From a candidate division FCPU426 bacterium (GTDB taxonomy: Bacteria > Oederibacteriota > Muellerivitia > Muellerivitales > Muellerivitaceae), in NCBI GenBank assembly GCA_963847625.1, contig CAWKAR010000039.1, positions 128,001-192,000 on the forward strand: 64,000 nt of DNA. Reading direction: 5' to 3'. Shown in pieces: positions 1 to 9,245 of the stretch. Each line of letters opens with the position of its first letter. Positions within the stretch are counted from its first letter, which is position 1. A program made the position numbers and the translations under genes. Below the pieces are notes generated by a model that had not been told where the DNA came from, did not search any database, and saw only the letters and a list, made by a program, of their open reading frames with translations.

Positions 1-97
1 TGATAGTGGACTTGTTCTTGTTTCGTTGATGGATACGGTCTAAAATCCTCATGAATCTAAGTCTTTCAAGAAGAATTTGTCTGAGCGGGTTGGACTC

Positions 98-120
98 TTC
101 GAATCCTACCGCCCCAGCCA
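98..120 (+). other. 3' fragment of a tRNA (probably tRNA-Gln), integration att site
   Basis: TTCGAATCCTACCGCCCCAGCCA = T-loop, 3' T-stem, acceptor strand, discriminator G and CCA. No matching 5' half (TGGGGC...) about 75 nt upstream. Overlaps the recombinase stop codon. Confidence 0.85.
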
Positions 121-1629
121 TTTCTCGTTTAAGCCGTTGGCACCCACGCTAACGGCTTCTTTATTGGAGTTCTCCGAGTTCGAAACCGCAATCAGCTCAA
201 AGGGTTGGCGGAAATTAACTGATAATTTCCCCCCTTTCCAGGAACTTTGCGCAAAGAAAGACGAAACCAACCGCCTTTTCTCGATAGGATTTTGCTCCAT
301 GAAGGTTTTATGGGACTTGGAGGCCATTTCCAAAAGCTTGATTCCTTCGTCCAGGTAGTTATGGTTTGCTTTTTGGTGGGCGTGGATGGTTTCCATGATC
401 TTTTCCATTTCCGCTTTCCAATCCTTCGATTTACGGTCAAAGAATTCCTGGGTTATCCTTCCATCCAGCTTGTCCTCATACATGGTATCTATACGGCCTT
501 GAATCTTGGTTAATTCGGCTTGCAGGCGGGTTATTGCCTCGTTATGGAATGTTTTCTCGTCCTTGTGGCTTGATTTCAGGGCATTAACGATTAGTTCCAA
601 TACCTTATCATCAATCTCCAAGGCTTTAAGGCTGGTTACGAATTCCTTTTCGAGGGTTTCTTCTCGTGTGTAGGGTTCAGGGCATTTACCTTTCCAGCCT
701 GTGCAATGGTAATAAACATATTTACCTTTCTTGAGTTCTCCCACCATTAAACAACCGCAATGACCGCAAGTAACAAGCCCGGCATAGCAAAAGTTATGCT
801 TGGATTTCTTGGACTTGCTTTGGTTTCGTTTATCCAAAATGTTTTGAACTTGGTTCCATAAATCCTTCGAAATAATTGGGGTATGGTTTCCTTTGTAGGT
901 AATCCCTTTCCAATCGAAATCCCCGCAATAGGTTCTAGTTCGAAGCATTCTATGAATGGAGGAAACGGGTAAAGGTTTCTTGCTTCTTCGAAATACCAAT
1001 CCCGAATTCTTGAATTCCTGGGTTATTTCCTTCAAGGAATAATCCCCGGTGGCGTATTCCTGGAATAGCTTGGCGATTATTGGGGCGTATTGGGGGTCTA
1101 TTTCGATGATCTTCTTCCCATTTGCTCCTGTTATGTTTTTAAACCCAATAGGGGCAACGGAAGGCCAAATTCCTTCTTCCGCTTTTTCCTTTAAGCCTTT
1201 CTTGGCTTCCTCCGAAAGGTTGTCTATGTAGTGCTTTGCCATTACCACCTTTATTCCATGAATAAGCTTTTCATTAGACCGGGAATTAGGGGAAATAAGG
1301 GTGTTTTCCTTCACTAGGTAAATTTCCAAGCCTAGTTCATCCAAAGTTACCCAATCTTTCAAATTCCGGTAAAGGCGGTCTGTCTTTTCTACTAAGAGGG
1401 TTTTATAAACGGGGTTTTTCTTGAAGAAGGTTATTAAGCTATCGAAACCTTCCCGGCCTGATACCTTGGCGGTTTCTACGTCTCCGAATTCCTGGATGAT
1501 TTCATAACCGTTATTAAAGGCGAAATCCCTTAATAGCTTGTATTGGGCTTGTATAGAGAAACCTTCCTTTTCCTGTTCCTTGGAAGAAACACGGACATAG
1601 AGGACGGCTTTTTTAACAATTTTATCCAT
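106..1629 (-). CDS. Large serine recombinase (integrase)
   Basis: YVRVSS catalytic motif, DRLYR, recombinase domain (APIGF...YCG), Zn ribbon (CGHCG...YYHC...C) and C-terminal coiled coil; 507 aa. Confidence 0.95.
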   Translation of the reverse strand: MDKIVKKAVLYVRVSSKEQEKEGFSIQAQYKLLRDFAFNNGYEIIQEFGDVETAKVSGREGFDSLITFFKKNPVYKTLLVEKTDRLYRNLKDWVTLDELGLEIYLVKENTLISPNSRSNEKLIHGIKVVMAKHYIDNLSEEAKKGLKEKAEEGIWPSVAPIGFKNITGANGKKIIEIDPQYAPIIAKLFQEYATGDYSLKEITQEFKNSGLVFRRSKKPLPVSSIHRMLRTRTYCGDFDWKGITYKGNHTPIISKDLWNQVQNILDKRNQSKSKKSKHNFCYAGLVTCGHCGCLMVGELKKGKYVYYHCTGWKGKCPEPYTREETLEKEFVTSLKALEIDDKVLELIVNALKSSHKDEKTFHNEAITRLQAELTKIQGRIDTMYEDKLDGRITQEFFDRKSKDWKAEMEKIMETIHAHQKANHNYLDEGIKLLEMASKSHKTFMEQNPIEKRRLVSSFFAQSSWKGGKLSVNFRQPFELIAVSNSENSNKEAVSVGANGLNEKWLGR

Positions 1630-1633
1630 TACT

Positions 1634-2767
1634 TTAACTTTCCGAATCGGAGTTTAACCAGCCTAATGTTTTGTAAATTTTGTCTGAATAAAATCGGCTT
1701 ACTATTTCTTTTTTGAATTCATGAAATTTTTCGGGAGATGCTTTTAGTTCACGTTCTAAATCCTCTCTCGAATAACTCCTGCCGGATAAATAATCTAGTA
1801 TTGATTCATTAGAAGTAATTAATTGCTCGACACATTCAAGGAATACTAAGTGTGAAATAAAGAGTTGATGTTCGTTTCTGCCGGATGGGGACAAATAATA
1901 AAGTTTGGTTCCATCATAAATTCCTTTATGGACTATTTTGCTCCGGATATCAAAAAAGTCCCAAGCCCAAGCGCCAAGCATCGAGTATAAATATTCTTTG
2001 ACATTGTTGTTATATCCGCTTTTTTTTACCACGGTTTTTAATTTTTTTATGTGACAGACTTTATCGATTTTTTTTGCCAAGCGATATTTGCGCCCGGAAG
2101 ATTTTAATAGCGTTTCAAAAGCGGTGCACATCATTACAATCTGAGCAAAAATTGAAATCTCGGGTATCCTTAGTTGAGCAAATTTGAACCATTCCAAGCT
2201 TTGAAAAATGTGTGCTTTTGCAGGAACATTAAATATTTCATTGAATCTATTGCAGAGCCATGGGCTGGGTTTTATTGTTGTTAAATCTTTCACAGATGGA
2301 GGAATTTTGAAGAAAAATTTTTCTTCTCCGGTTGGAATCCTTTTAAAATATCCAAACCATGATGCGTGGTTTAGCTTCTTTAGATTAAATCTTGACGTAA
2401 GGGCACTAAAAGCTTCAGTGCTAAACGGAGCAAAAGAAGAATTAAAAAAGTAATTTCTTAAGTCTGATGAAACTGATGAAAAAATAAATGCTTCAGCAGC
2501 TTTAAATAGAATATTTTTTTGATCGGGTTCAACAAGAGAAAAATTATTATATCGTTCAAAAGAGCAAATAGTCGGGGATTCAATGGGCTTCATTGAATGA
2601 TTTAAATAACATTCAAATAGTTCCTTAAGTTTTTTATAAACTTCGGAATCGAGCCCTTTAGAATTTACATTGCGATCAAAAGGCCAAAATATTATTGGCC
2701 CGATTCGAACATCTTCTTTGATTGTTATCCACGGCATAAAACTGCATTCATGGGTTGGAATTTCCAT
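1634..2767 (-). CDS. HEPN-domain protein (ApeA-like), putative defence RNase
   Basis: C-terminal AFETLL...RSKIVH (E...Rx4H) HEPN motif; 377 aa; island context. Confidence 0.65.
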   Translation of the reverse strand: MEIPTHECSFMPWITIKEDVRIGPIIFWPFDRNVNSKGLDSEVYKKLKELFECYLNHSMKPIESPTICSFERYNNFSLVEPDQKNILFKAAEAFIFSSVSSDLRNYFFNSSFAPFSTEAFSALTSRFNLKKLNHASWFGYFKRIPTGEEKFFFKIPPSVKDLTTIKPSPWLCNRFNEIFNVPAKAHIFQSLEWFKFAQLRIPEISIFAQIVMMCTAFETLLKSSGRKYRLAKKIDKVCHIKKLKTVVKKSGYNNNVKEYLYSMLGAWAWDFFDIRSKIVHKGIYDGTKLYYLSPSGRNEHQLFISHLVFLECVEQLITSNESILDYLSGRSYSREDLERELKASPEKFHEFKKEIVSRFYSDKIYKTLGWLNSDSES

Positions 2768-2957
2768 TTATCACTCTCTTTTTATGATTGATAACATTTA
2801 TTCTCACTCTTAAAGCGTTTCGAATAGTGGAAACCGTCCAGCTTTGAATGGTGGTTTGTAATTCAGCTACCCGGATTTTAAGCCGGGAATGGAGCTTAAG
2901 GGAAAGCCTAATGTGAATAAGCTTTCCTTTTTTTCTCCAAAAATTCACATTTCGCAT
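2748..2957 (-). CDS. Small ribbon-helix-helix-like DNA-binding protein
   Basis: IHIRLSLKLHSRLKIRVAELQTTIQSW pattern (beta strand plus two helices); overlaps the start of the HEPN gene. Confidence 0.55.
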   Translation of the reverse strand: MRNVNFWRKKGKLIHIRLSLKLHSRLKIRVAELQTTIQSWTVSTIRNALRVRINVINHKKRVINGNSNP

Positions 2958-3028
2958 ATTTAACCTTTACTAAGGCCAAAAACGGAAAGTCTTGGCTATA
3001 AATGTAGCCATTTCTTTCTTTTTTCGGC

Positions 3029-3208
3029 CTACTTGCAGGGGTTTTGGGGTGTTTTTGATTGTTCCCAATCCTGGAGGATGTGGAAAAAGTTCACGAGGTT
3101 GTCCACGATCTGCCGCCCGTCCTCCCTGGTTAATTTCCGGGAGGTACGGGGCTGGAAAACCCCTAAAGCTTGGTCAATGAGTTGTTCTTTCGTGAAAACT
3201 TTTTCCAT
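3029..3208 (-). CDS. 59-aa small protein of a type I recall upstream of serine recombinases (not in ORF track)
   Basis: Manual translation MEKVFTKEQLIDQALGVFQPRTSRKLTREDGRQIVDNLVNFFHILQDWEQSKTPQNPCK; co-oriented with the integrase. Confidence 0.65.
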   Translation of the reverse strand: MEKVFTKEQLIDQALGVFQPRTSRKLTREDGRQIVDNLVNFFHILQDWEQSKTPQNPCK

Positions 3209-3309
3209 GACGCACCAAGAATAAAAATTATTTCTTGGCGTAAGGATACGACAGGCAGGGGGGAACTACGGGGGGTAAAAAGGGGAAAGTTAGGGGAAAC
3301 TAGGGAAGC

Positions 3310-3951
3310 TTAGAACAGGTTAAGGCGGTAGAAACCTTTTCCAGCGGGAACAACTATGGTCTTCCATAGAGGGGACTTTTTGAATACATCTTTCATTTTT
3401 TTACTACAAACACCTAAATCCTCAAGAAGGGTATCCTGGTGGACTTGTTTCATTCCTTTTTTGAGGTATTCCCACATACGGTTAATGACACGGCCTTGAG
3501 TAGGGGAAACATGATATTCCAACTGCTTAACTTTAACCGTCCTGAAATCCTCGGTTAGATGGAAATCCGGTTCAGATTTCAATTCTGAGAATGGATTCTG
3601 AGAATCCATTCTCAGATTCGACTCAGAATGGGGAACCATTGCATTTGTAGGGGATATATCGGATTTTAGATTCGAATCTGCACATTCTGAATCTGAGGTT
3701 GATTCTTGGGTTATATCAATAACCGGTTTTTCCGGTTTCGGGTTGGGTTTTGAATTTAATCTTTCTGTAATGTCATCCAAGGTTTCTTGAAGATGGTAAA
3801 TTTTGTAAATTAGATAGGCAAAACTCCCAATAATGGCTAATACCCCAGCTATTATTCCTGCTAGTAACCATCCATTAATGTTTTTGCTTTGTATTGCAAT
3901 TGCTGGCATGGAAAACACCCCCCCAAATGTTATTAATCGTGCAGAGAACAA
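3310..3951 (-). CDS. Membrane-anchored hypothetical protein with possible C-terminal winged-helix domain
   Basis: One TM segment (WLLAGIIAGVLAIIGSFAYLIY), low-complexity linker, C-terminus SPTQGRVI...GKGFYRL. Start may be the ATG at 3909. Confidence 0.5.
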   Translation of the reverse strand: MFSARLITFGGVFSMPAIAIQSKNINGWLLAGIIAGVLAIIGSFAYLIYKIYHLQETLDDITERLNSKPNPKPEKPVIDITQESTSDSECADSNLKSDISPTNAMVPHSESNLRMDSQNPFSELKSEPDFHLTEDFRTVKVKQLEYHVSPTQGRVINRMWEYLKKGMKQVHQDTLLEDLGVCSKKMKDVFKKSPLWKTIVVPAGKGFYRLNLF

Positions 3952-4313
3952 GCGTATACCTTTGGGCGTTTTGTGTCAAGTTTTAGGGCCTTTAGTTTTT
4001 ATGGGACGGTCTTTAAACGAACTGTTAAACAATAACTCATGGGGGAGTTATTACTGTGTGGGGGATAAATAGCTTAGGGAGTTATTCATAGGTCGGGGAG
4101 AGTTATTTAATAACTCTAGTGGGAGTTATTAATAGGTATAGATGCCCATTTATCTAGGTTTAATAGATGCAAATGATATATCATTTGATGTAAGTTTCAG
4201 TTTTTGACTAACGAGATCAAACAGTAACTACCTTAGAAGCTATTGAATAACTCTCTTAGTTACTCAAAGAGTTAATAGATCGGGGATAAACCTATTTGGG
4301 ATGAGATAAACCC

Positions 4314-4612
4314 ATTCTAAGAATCCATTCTCAGAATCCAACCCATTCTTAGAATCTATTCTCAGAATCCATACCCATTAAACCATTTGATATGCCATAA
4401 AACTCATAACTCATAAAGCCATTCTCAGAATGCCATTCTCAGAATCCAACCCATTCTCAGAATGCCATTCTTAGAATCCCATTCTCAGAACCCATACCCT
4501 TTTATTCATTTGATATGCCATAAAACTCATAATTTTAGGGATATAACCCACCCAACCCATACCCGCAAACCCATTACCCATAAACCCATACCCTCTAAAC
4601 CCATAACCCATA
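4314..4612. repeat. Array of 9 palindromic ATTCTnAGAA(T/C) units in two blocks, followed by ACCCAT repeats
   Basis: Units at 4314, 4327, 4345, 4358, 4421, 4435, 4453, 4467 and 4481. Each block is followed by CATTTGATATGCCATAAAACTCATAA (4384, 4507). Confidence 0.9.
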
Positions 4613-4771
4613 CTTATTTGAATAGGTTAAAAATTGGTTAGGGAAGATTTGAGACCGGGAAGCCGTAAAGGAATTTTATAAATTAACGGTTGAATGGAGA
4701 AAAAAAGGGGAATAACGGGGGAATATTCGGGGAATTTCATCATGATATGGCCGTAATTTAACAATTCACTT

Positions 4772-4780
4772 TGTTATAAT
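4772..4780 (+). promoter_or_regulatory. Extended -10 promoter of the TA/RM operon
   Basis: TGTTATAAT 40 nt upstream of ATG 4821. Confidence 0.5.
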
Positions 4781-4820
4781 GATTAAAAGCTATCTAGTTA
4801 TCTTTCGATGGGATGAGGAA

Positions 4821-5123
4821 ATGCCTACTCAAATCGCAATTGACAAACAAAGAATCGCTGATTTTTGCCGCCGAAATCATATTCTTAAACTTTCCCTTTT
4901 TGGGTCGGTTTTGACCGGCCAGTTTAAACCGAAAAGCGATGTTGATGTATTGATGGTTTATGACCCCCAATATTCGGTTGGTTTTCGAATTTTCAGGATG
5001 GAAGAGGAACTTTCGAAACTGTTTGATGGTCATAAAGTGGATATTGTGAATGAAAAATACATTAATCCACGGATGAGGGAACAGGTTTTGACGGAGGCTG
5101 AAGTTCTCTATGCCCAAAAATGA
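4821..5123 (+). CDS. Minimal nucleotidyltransferase antitoxin (MntA-like)
   Basis: FGSVLTGQFKPKSDVD (GSx10DxD); RBS GAGGA immediately before ATG 4821. Confidence 0.9.
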   Translation: MPTQIAIDKQRIADFCRRNHILKLSLFGSVLTGQFKPKSDVDVLMVYDPQYSVGFRIFRMEEELSKLFDGHKVDIVNEKYINPRMREQVLTEAEVLYAQK

Positions 5124-5442
5124 AAAAATATATTTGGGTCATATGTTGGATATGGCGCAGAAAGCCATCGATGCTTTAAAAGACAAATCACGCTCACAAT
5201 TCGATCAAGACGAAATTTTAAAAACGGCTGTTTCACATTTCATTCAAACGATTGGGGAAGCGGCCTCAAAAGTGTCAAAAGAGTTCAAGGAACGAAACCC
5301 CGGTATTCCTTGGGATGATATTATTGGGATGCGCCAAAAGATTGTTCACGACTATATGGCAGTTGACTTTGATATTGTTTGGGATGCCGTAAAGACAGAA
5401 CTTCCTTCCCTTTTGGAAAAACTCAAGAAAATAGCTGTTTAA
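5110..5442 (+). CDS. HepT-like (DUF86) HEPN toxin
   Basis: IGEA...IPW..IIGMRQKIVHDY; overlaps the MNT gene. Confidence 0.9.
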   Translation: MPKNEKIYLGHMLDMAQKAIDALKDKSRSQFDQDEILKTAVSHFIQTIGEAASKVSKEFKERNPGIPWDDIIGMRQKIVHDYMAVDFDIVWDAVKTELPSLLEKLKKIAV

Positions 5443-5492
5443 TTATCCTGTGTTTTTCCCACCTCTCTTTCTTAAATGTTAGAATGTCGGTC

Positions 5493-8477
5493 ATGTCAGC
5501 CCCAAAAGAAATCCTTGACCTTGTTGAAAGGTTCAACCGCAACCGGGAAGAATATCAATCCGGGAAATACAACGAAACGCAGTTAAGGCAAGAATTCCTT
5601 AACCCGTTTTTTAAGGTTTTAGGGTGGGACGTAACCAACGAGAAGGGCTATTCCGAGGCATACAAGGAAGTTATTCACGAGGACGCTATCAAGATAGGGG
5701 CGGCCACCAAAGCCCCGGATTATTGTTTCCGTATCGGTGGAACCCGAAAGTTTTTTGTTGAAGCCAAGAAACCATCAATAAATATCAAGGATGATTTTAA
5801 CCCCGCTTTTCAACTTCGCCGTTACGCTTGGTCCGCAAAACTCCCCTTAAGCATTTTGACCGACTTTGAAGAATTTGCTGTTTACGATTGCCGTATCAAA
5901 CCCCATAAAACCGATAAGCCAACTACAGGACGTAATCTCTATTTCACCTTCGATCAATATTCCGAAAAATGGGATGAAATCGCCAATATCTTTTCCCAAG
6001 ATGCCGTTCTTAAAGGTTCATTTGATAAGTTTGCCGATTCCGGCAAGGGCAAAAAAGGAACCACGACGGTTGATGAGGCTTTCCTGGAAGAAATTGAAAA
6101 ATGGCGAAAAGAATTAGCTAAAAATATAGCCGTTAGAAATTCAAAGCTTACCGTACAGGAACTTAATTATTCCGTTCAAAAAATCATAGACCGGATTATT
6201 TTCCTTCGTATTTGTGAAGACCGAAGAATTGAACAATATGGAAGGCTTTTATCCCTGATTAACGGGGTAAAGGTTTATGACCGCCTAACTCAAATTTTCC
6301 AAAGAGCGGATGAAAGATATAATTCCGGCCTTTTCCATTTCCAAAAGGAAAAAGACAGGCCGGAACAACCGGATGAACTGACTTTAGACCTTAAGATTAA
6401 TGACAAGGTTTTCCAAGACATGATTGGAGGGCTTTACTATCCCGAAAGCCCATATGAATTTTCAGCCCTTCCCGCTGATATTTTAGGGCAGGTTTACGAG
6501 CAATTTTTAGGGAAGGTTATCCGCCTAACAGAAGGCCACCAAGCCAAGGTCGAAGACAAACCGGAAGTTAAAAAGGCGGGCGGCGTTTTCTATACGCCCA
6601 CCTATATCGTTGAATACATCGTAAAAAATACCGTTGGAAAACTTTGCGAAAATAAAATCCCCAAACAAGTTTCAAAGCTTCGAATTTTAGATCCTGCTTG
6701 CGGTTCAGGTTCTTTTCTTATTGGGGCTTATCAATATCTTTTGGATTGGCATAGGGATTGGTATGTAAATGATAGCCCGCAAAATCACACAAAAGAACTT
6801 TATCAAGGTCCTGGTAGTGATTGGAAATTAACCACCGATACGAGAAAGAGAATCCTTTTAAACAATATTTACGGGGTTGATATTGACCCGCAAGCGGTAG
6901 AAGTAACAAAGCTTTCACTTCTCTTAAAGGTTTTGGAAGGTGAATCAGATCAAACTTTAAAGAAACAGTTGGAAATTTTCCATCAAAGGGCTTTACCGGA
7001 TTTGGGAAGCAATATTAAATGCGGAAATAGTTTAATTGGAGCGGATTATTTTTCCGGACAGCTTTTAGCAGATATGAACGAAATACGAAAAGTAAATCCC
7101 TTTAATTGGGAAAAAGAATTTCCTGTGGTTTTAGAAAATGGTGGTTTCGATGCCGTTATTGGGAATCCGCCATATGTGCGGCAAGAGGAACTGAAAGACA
7201 TCAAAAAATATTTGAGTTCTAATTACATAACTTATCAATCAACTGCGGATTTGTACGTCAACTTTGTGGAAAAAGGTCACAAGCTTTTAAAAACATCTGG
7301 CTTGTTTGGAATGATTATTTCTAATAAATGGCTTCGTGCTGCTTATGGTAAACCGCTTAGGGAATTTTTACAGGCAAAAGTTTCTTTATTGCAAATAGTA
7401 GATTTAGCAGGGCTCCCCGTATTCCAAAACGCTACAGTGCGAACAATTGTTTTGATAAGCGATAAAAAAGAAAAATCGGGTAATTTTTTATACCTTGCTC
7501 CCTTATCCGACGAAGAGTTTAAAAAAGTTCAATCGGGTGATGATTTACAGAAGTTTTTTGATAAAAAAACTATTCAATTATTGACTTCTAATCTCACCCC
7601 TGACAGTTGGTCGTTTTCGGGTAATCAATCGAATAAGTTGATTGAAAATATTAAAGGGAAGTCGGTTACGCTTGATAGATATTTAAATGGTAAAGCTTAT
7701 CGAGGAATTTTAACCGGATTTAATAAAGCTTTTGTCATTGATGTTAAAACGAAAAATAACTTGGTTTCGAAAAATAAAAACTCAAAAGAAATCATAAAAC
7801 CACTTTTAGGCGGGAGGGACATTCGAAGATATTTGGTTGAATATGACAACAAATTTTTGATTCTTACTCCTGTTGGAATCCTAATAGATAATTATCCTGC
7901 TGTGTTTGAGTATCTGAAACAGTTTAAAAATGAATTGGAAAACCGTTGGGACAAGGGAAATCATTGGTGGGAATTGAGACACTGTGATTACTATGAATTG
8001 TTTGAAAAACCCAAAATAATTTATCCCGATATTGCCACTTCGTGTCGATTTGCGCTTGATCTAGAAGGTTTCTTTAGTACAAATACGACTTATTTTATTC
8101 CAGGGAATGATTTATTTCTTTTGGGCTTGTTGAACTCAAAACTTGGTCAATATTATTTTTCAACGGTATGCGCTGGACTAGAAGGCAAAAATGAAACTTA
8201 CTTAAGATTTTTCGGTCAATATCTTGAAGGTTTTCCGGTTTTTAATCTTGAATCGCTGAAAAACGAAGAAAAAGAAATTCCTAAAAGCATTTCTGAATTT
8301 GTCAAAAAAATAAACGAGCTGAAGAAAAAGGGAAGTGTTTTAAAAGATTCGAATGACAAACAAATACTTCAACGTCAAATAAATCAAACCGATAAAGAAA
8401 TAGACGACTTGGTTTATAAGATTTATGGATTGTCCCCTCAAGAAATAAAAATCATCGAGTCTGAAACGAAGAATTGA
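5493..8477 (+). CDS. Type IIG fused restriction endonuclease / N6-adenine methyltransferase with TaqI-like C-terminal TRD
   Basis: PDY...VEAKK nuclease motif, GVFYTP, LDPACGSGSFL, IGNPPY, FEKPKIIY. Start taken at MSAPKE. Confidence 0.92.
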   Translation: MSAPKEILDLVERFNRNREEYQSGKYNETQLRQEFLNPFFKVLGWDVTNEKGYSEAYKEVIHEDAIKIGAATKAPDYCFRIGGTRKFFVEAKKPSINIKDDFNPAFQLRRYAWSAKLPLSILTDFEEFAVYDCRIKPHKTDKPTTGRNLYFTFDQYSEKWDEIANIFSQDAVLKGSFDKFADSGKGKKGTTTVDEAFLEEIEKWRKELAKNIAVRNSKLTVQELNYSVQKIIDRIIFLRICEDRRIEQYGRLLSLINGVKVYDRLTQIFQRADERYNSGLFHFQKEKDRPEQPDELTLDLKINDKVFQDMIGGLYYPESPYEFSALPADILGQVYEQFLGKVIRLTEGHQAKVEDKPEVKKAGGVFYTPTYIVEYIVKNTVGKLCENKIPKQVSKLRILDPACGSGSFLIGAYQYLLDWHRDWYVNDSPQNHTKELYQGPGSDWKLTTDTRKRILLNNIYGVDIDPQAVEVTKLSLLLKVLEGESDQTLKKQLEIFHQRALPDLGSNIKCGNSLIGADYFSGQLLADMNEIRKVNPFNWEKEFPVVLENGGFDAVIGNPPYVRQEELKDIKKYLSSNYITYQSTADLYVNFVEKGHKLLKTSGLFGMIISNKWLRAAYGKPLREFLQAKVSLLQIVDLAGLPVFQNATVRTIVLISDKKEKSGNFLYLAPLSDEEFKKVQSGDDLQKFFDKKTIQLLTSNLTPDSWSFSGNQSNKLIENIKGKSVTLDRYLNGKAYRGILTGFNKAFVIDVKTKNNLVSKNKNSKEIIKPLLGGRDIRRYLVEYDNKFLILTPVGILIDNYPAVFEYLKQFKNELENRWDKGNHWWELRHCDYYELFEKPKIIYPDIATSCRFALDLEGFFSTNTTYFIPGNDLFLLGLLNSKLGQYYFSTVCAGLEGKNETYLRFFGQYLEGFPVFNLESLKNEEKEIPKSISEFVKKINELKKKGSVLKDSNDKQILQRQINQTDKEIDDLVYKIYGLSPQEIKIIESETKN

Positions 8478-8559
8478 AAATGGGAATTCCACTTGTATAT
8501 TAAAAACTATTTGTGTTACTTGATCTCAAACCAAGACCTGGAAAACAGAGGTTGAAAAA

Positions 8560-9036
8560 ATGATTTTGGATGTTATTGGAAATTGGTATAGCCATCATGA
8601 AGCGTTTTGCCATTTTTCGGAATTTTCGGTAGTGGTTTTGGTGGCTGTTAGTTCTTTTTTCCGTTGGGGTTTGGATTGGACAATAAAAGTATTTAAAAAA
8701 CAGAAATTAGAAATAAATGCGTCGATAGCGACTTTCCATGACAACGGGCTCATGACGGGTTATTTTATGGAATTTGAAATAATAAACATGGATAAAAATC
8801 CAATCCTTTTAAAAAGGATTGACGTTGTTTTTAAAAGTAATCGAAGTAATTTTGAATTAGAAATGAACCATCTCCTATTGAAACATCTAGAAATAGCTAG
8901 ACCTTCTACAATCTCCTTTAATCATCTAGATCGCATTGATAATGTATGGGTTTATACGAATTCTAAAAAGTTTGTTATGAATAAAAAAAATATTAAAAGG
9001 CTAAATAATCAATTAGACAAAAAAACAAAGAAATGA
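8560..9036 (+). CDS. Hypothetical protein with N-terminal TM segment
   Basis: 158-aa ORF with GAGG RBS; hydrophobic FSVVVLVAVSSFF. Confidence 0.6.
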   Translation: MILDVIGNWYSHHEAFCHFSEFSVVVLVAVSSFFRWGLDWTIKVFKKQKLEINASIATFHDNGLMTGYFMEFEIINMDKNPILLKRIDVVFKSNRSNFELEMNHLLLKHLEIARPSTISFNHLDRIDNVWVYTNSKKFVMNKKNIKRLNNQLDKKTKK

Positions 9037-9245
9037 ATTGATTTTTGGAATTGGGTACAGTAGCCCTAGATGGAAAAATTTTACTGTTTCAAGAATAAAT
9101 GTTTTATTTCTAGAAATGGATTGAGTAGTTGATTTCTTAATTTATCCATGAAGGCCGTAAAAATCAATAAAATAGAGATTTAATAGAAAAGAGAAAAATT
9201 TAATAATGGCAAGAGATTAAACAAATATGAATTATTTAATTAAAA

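Noticed and set aside
46..120. Intact tRNA gene
   Set aside because: Only the 3' 23 nt are present; no acceptor 5' strand, D arm or anticodon arm.
4314..4532. CRISPR array
   Set aside because: Units are 11-13 bp with 2-7 bp gaps and no unique spacers; no cas genes recognised.
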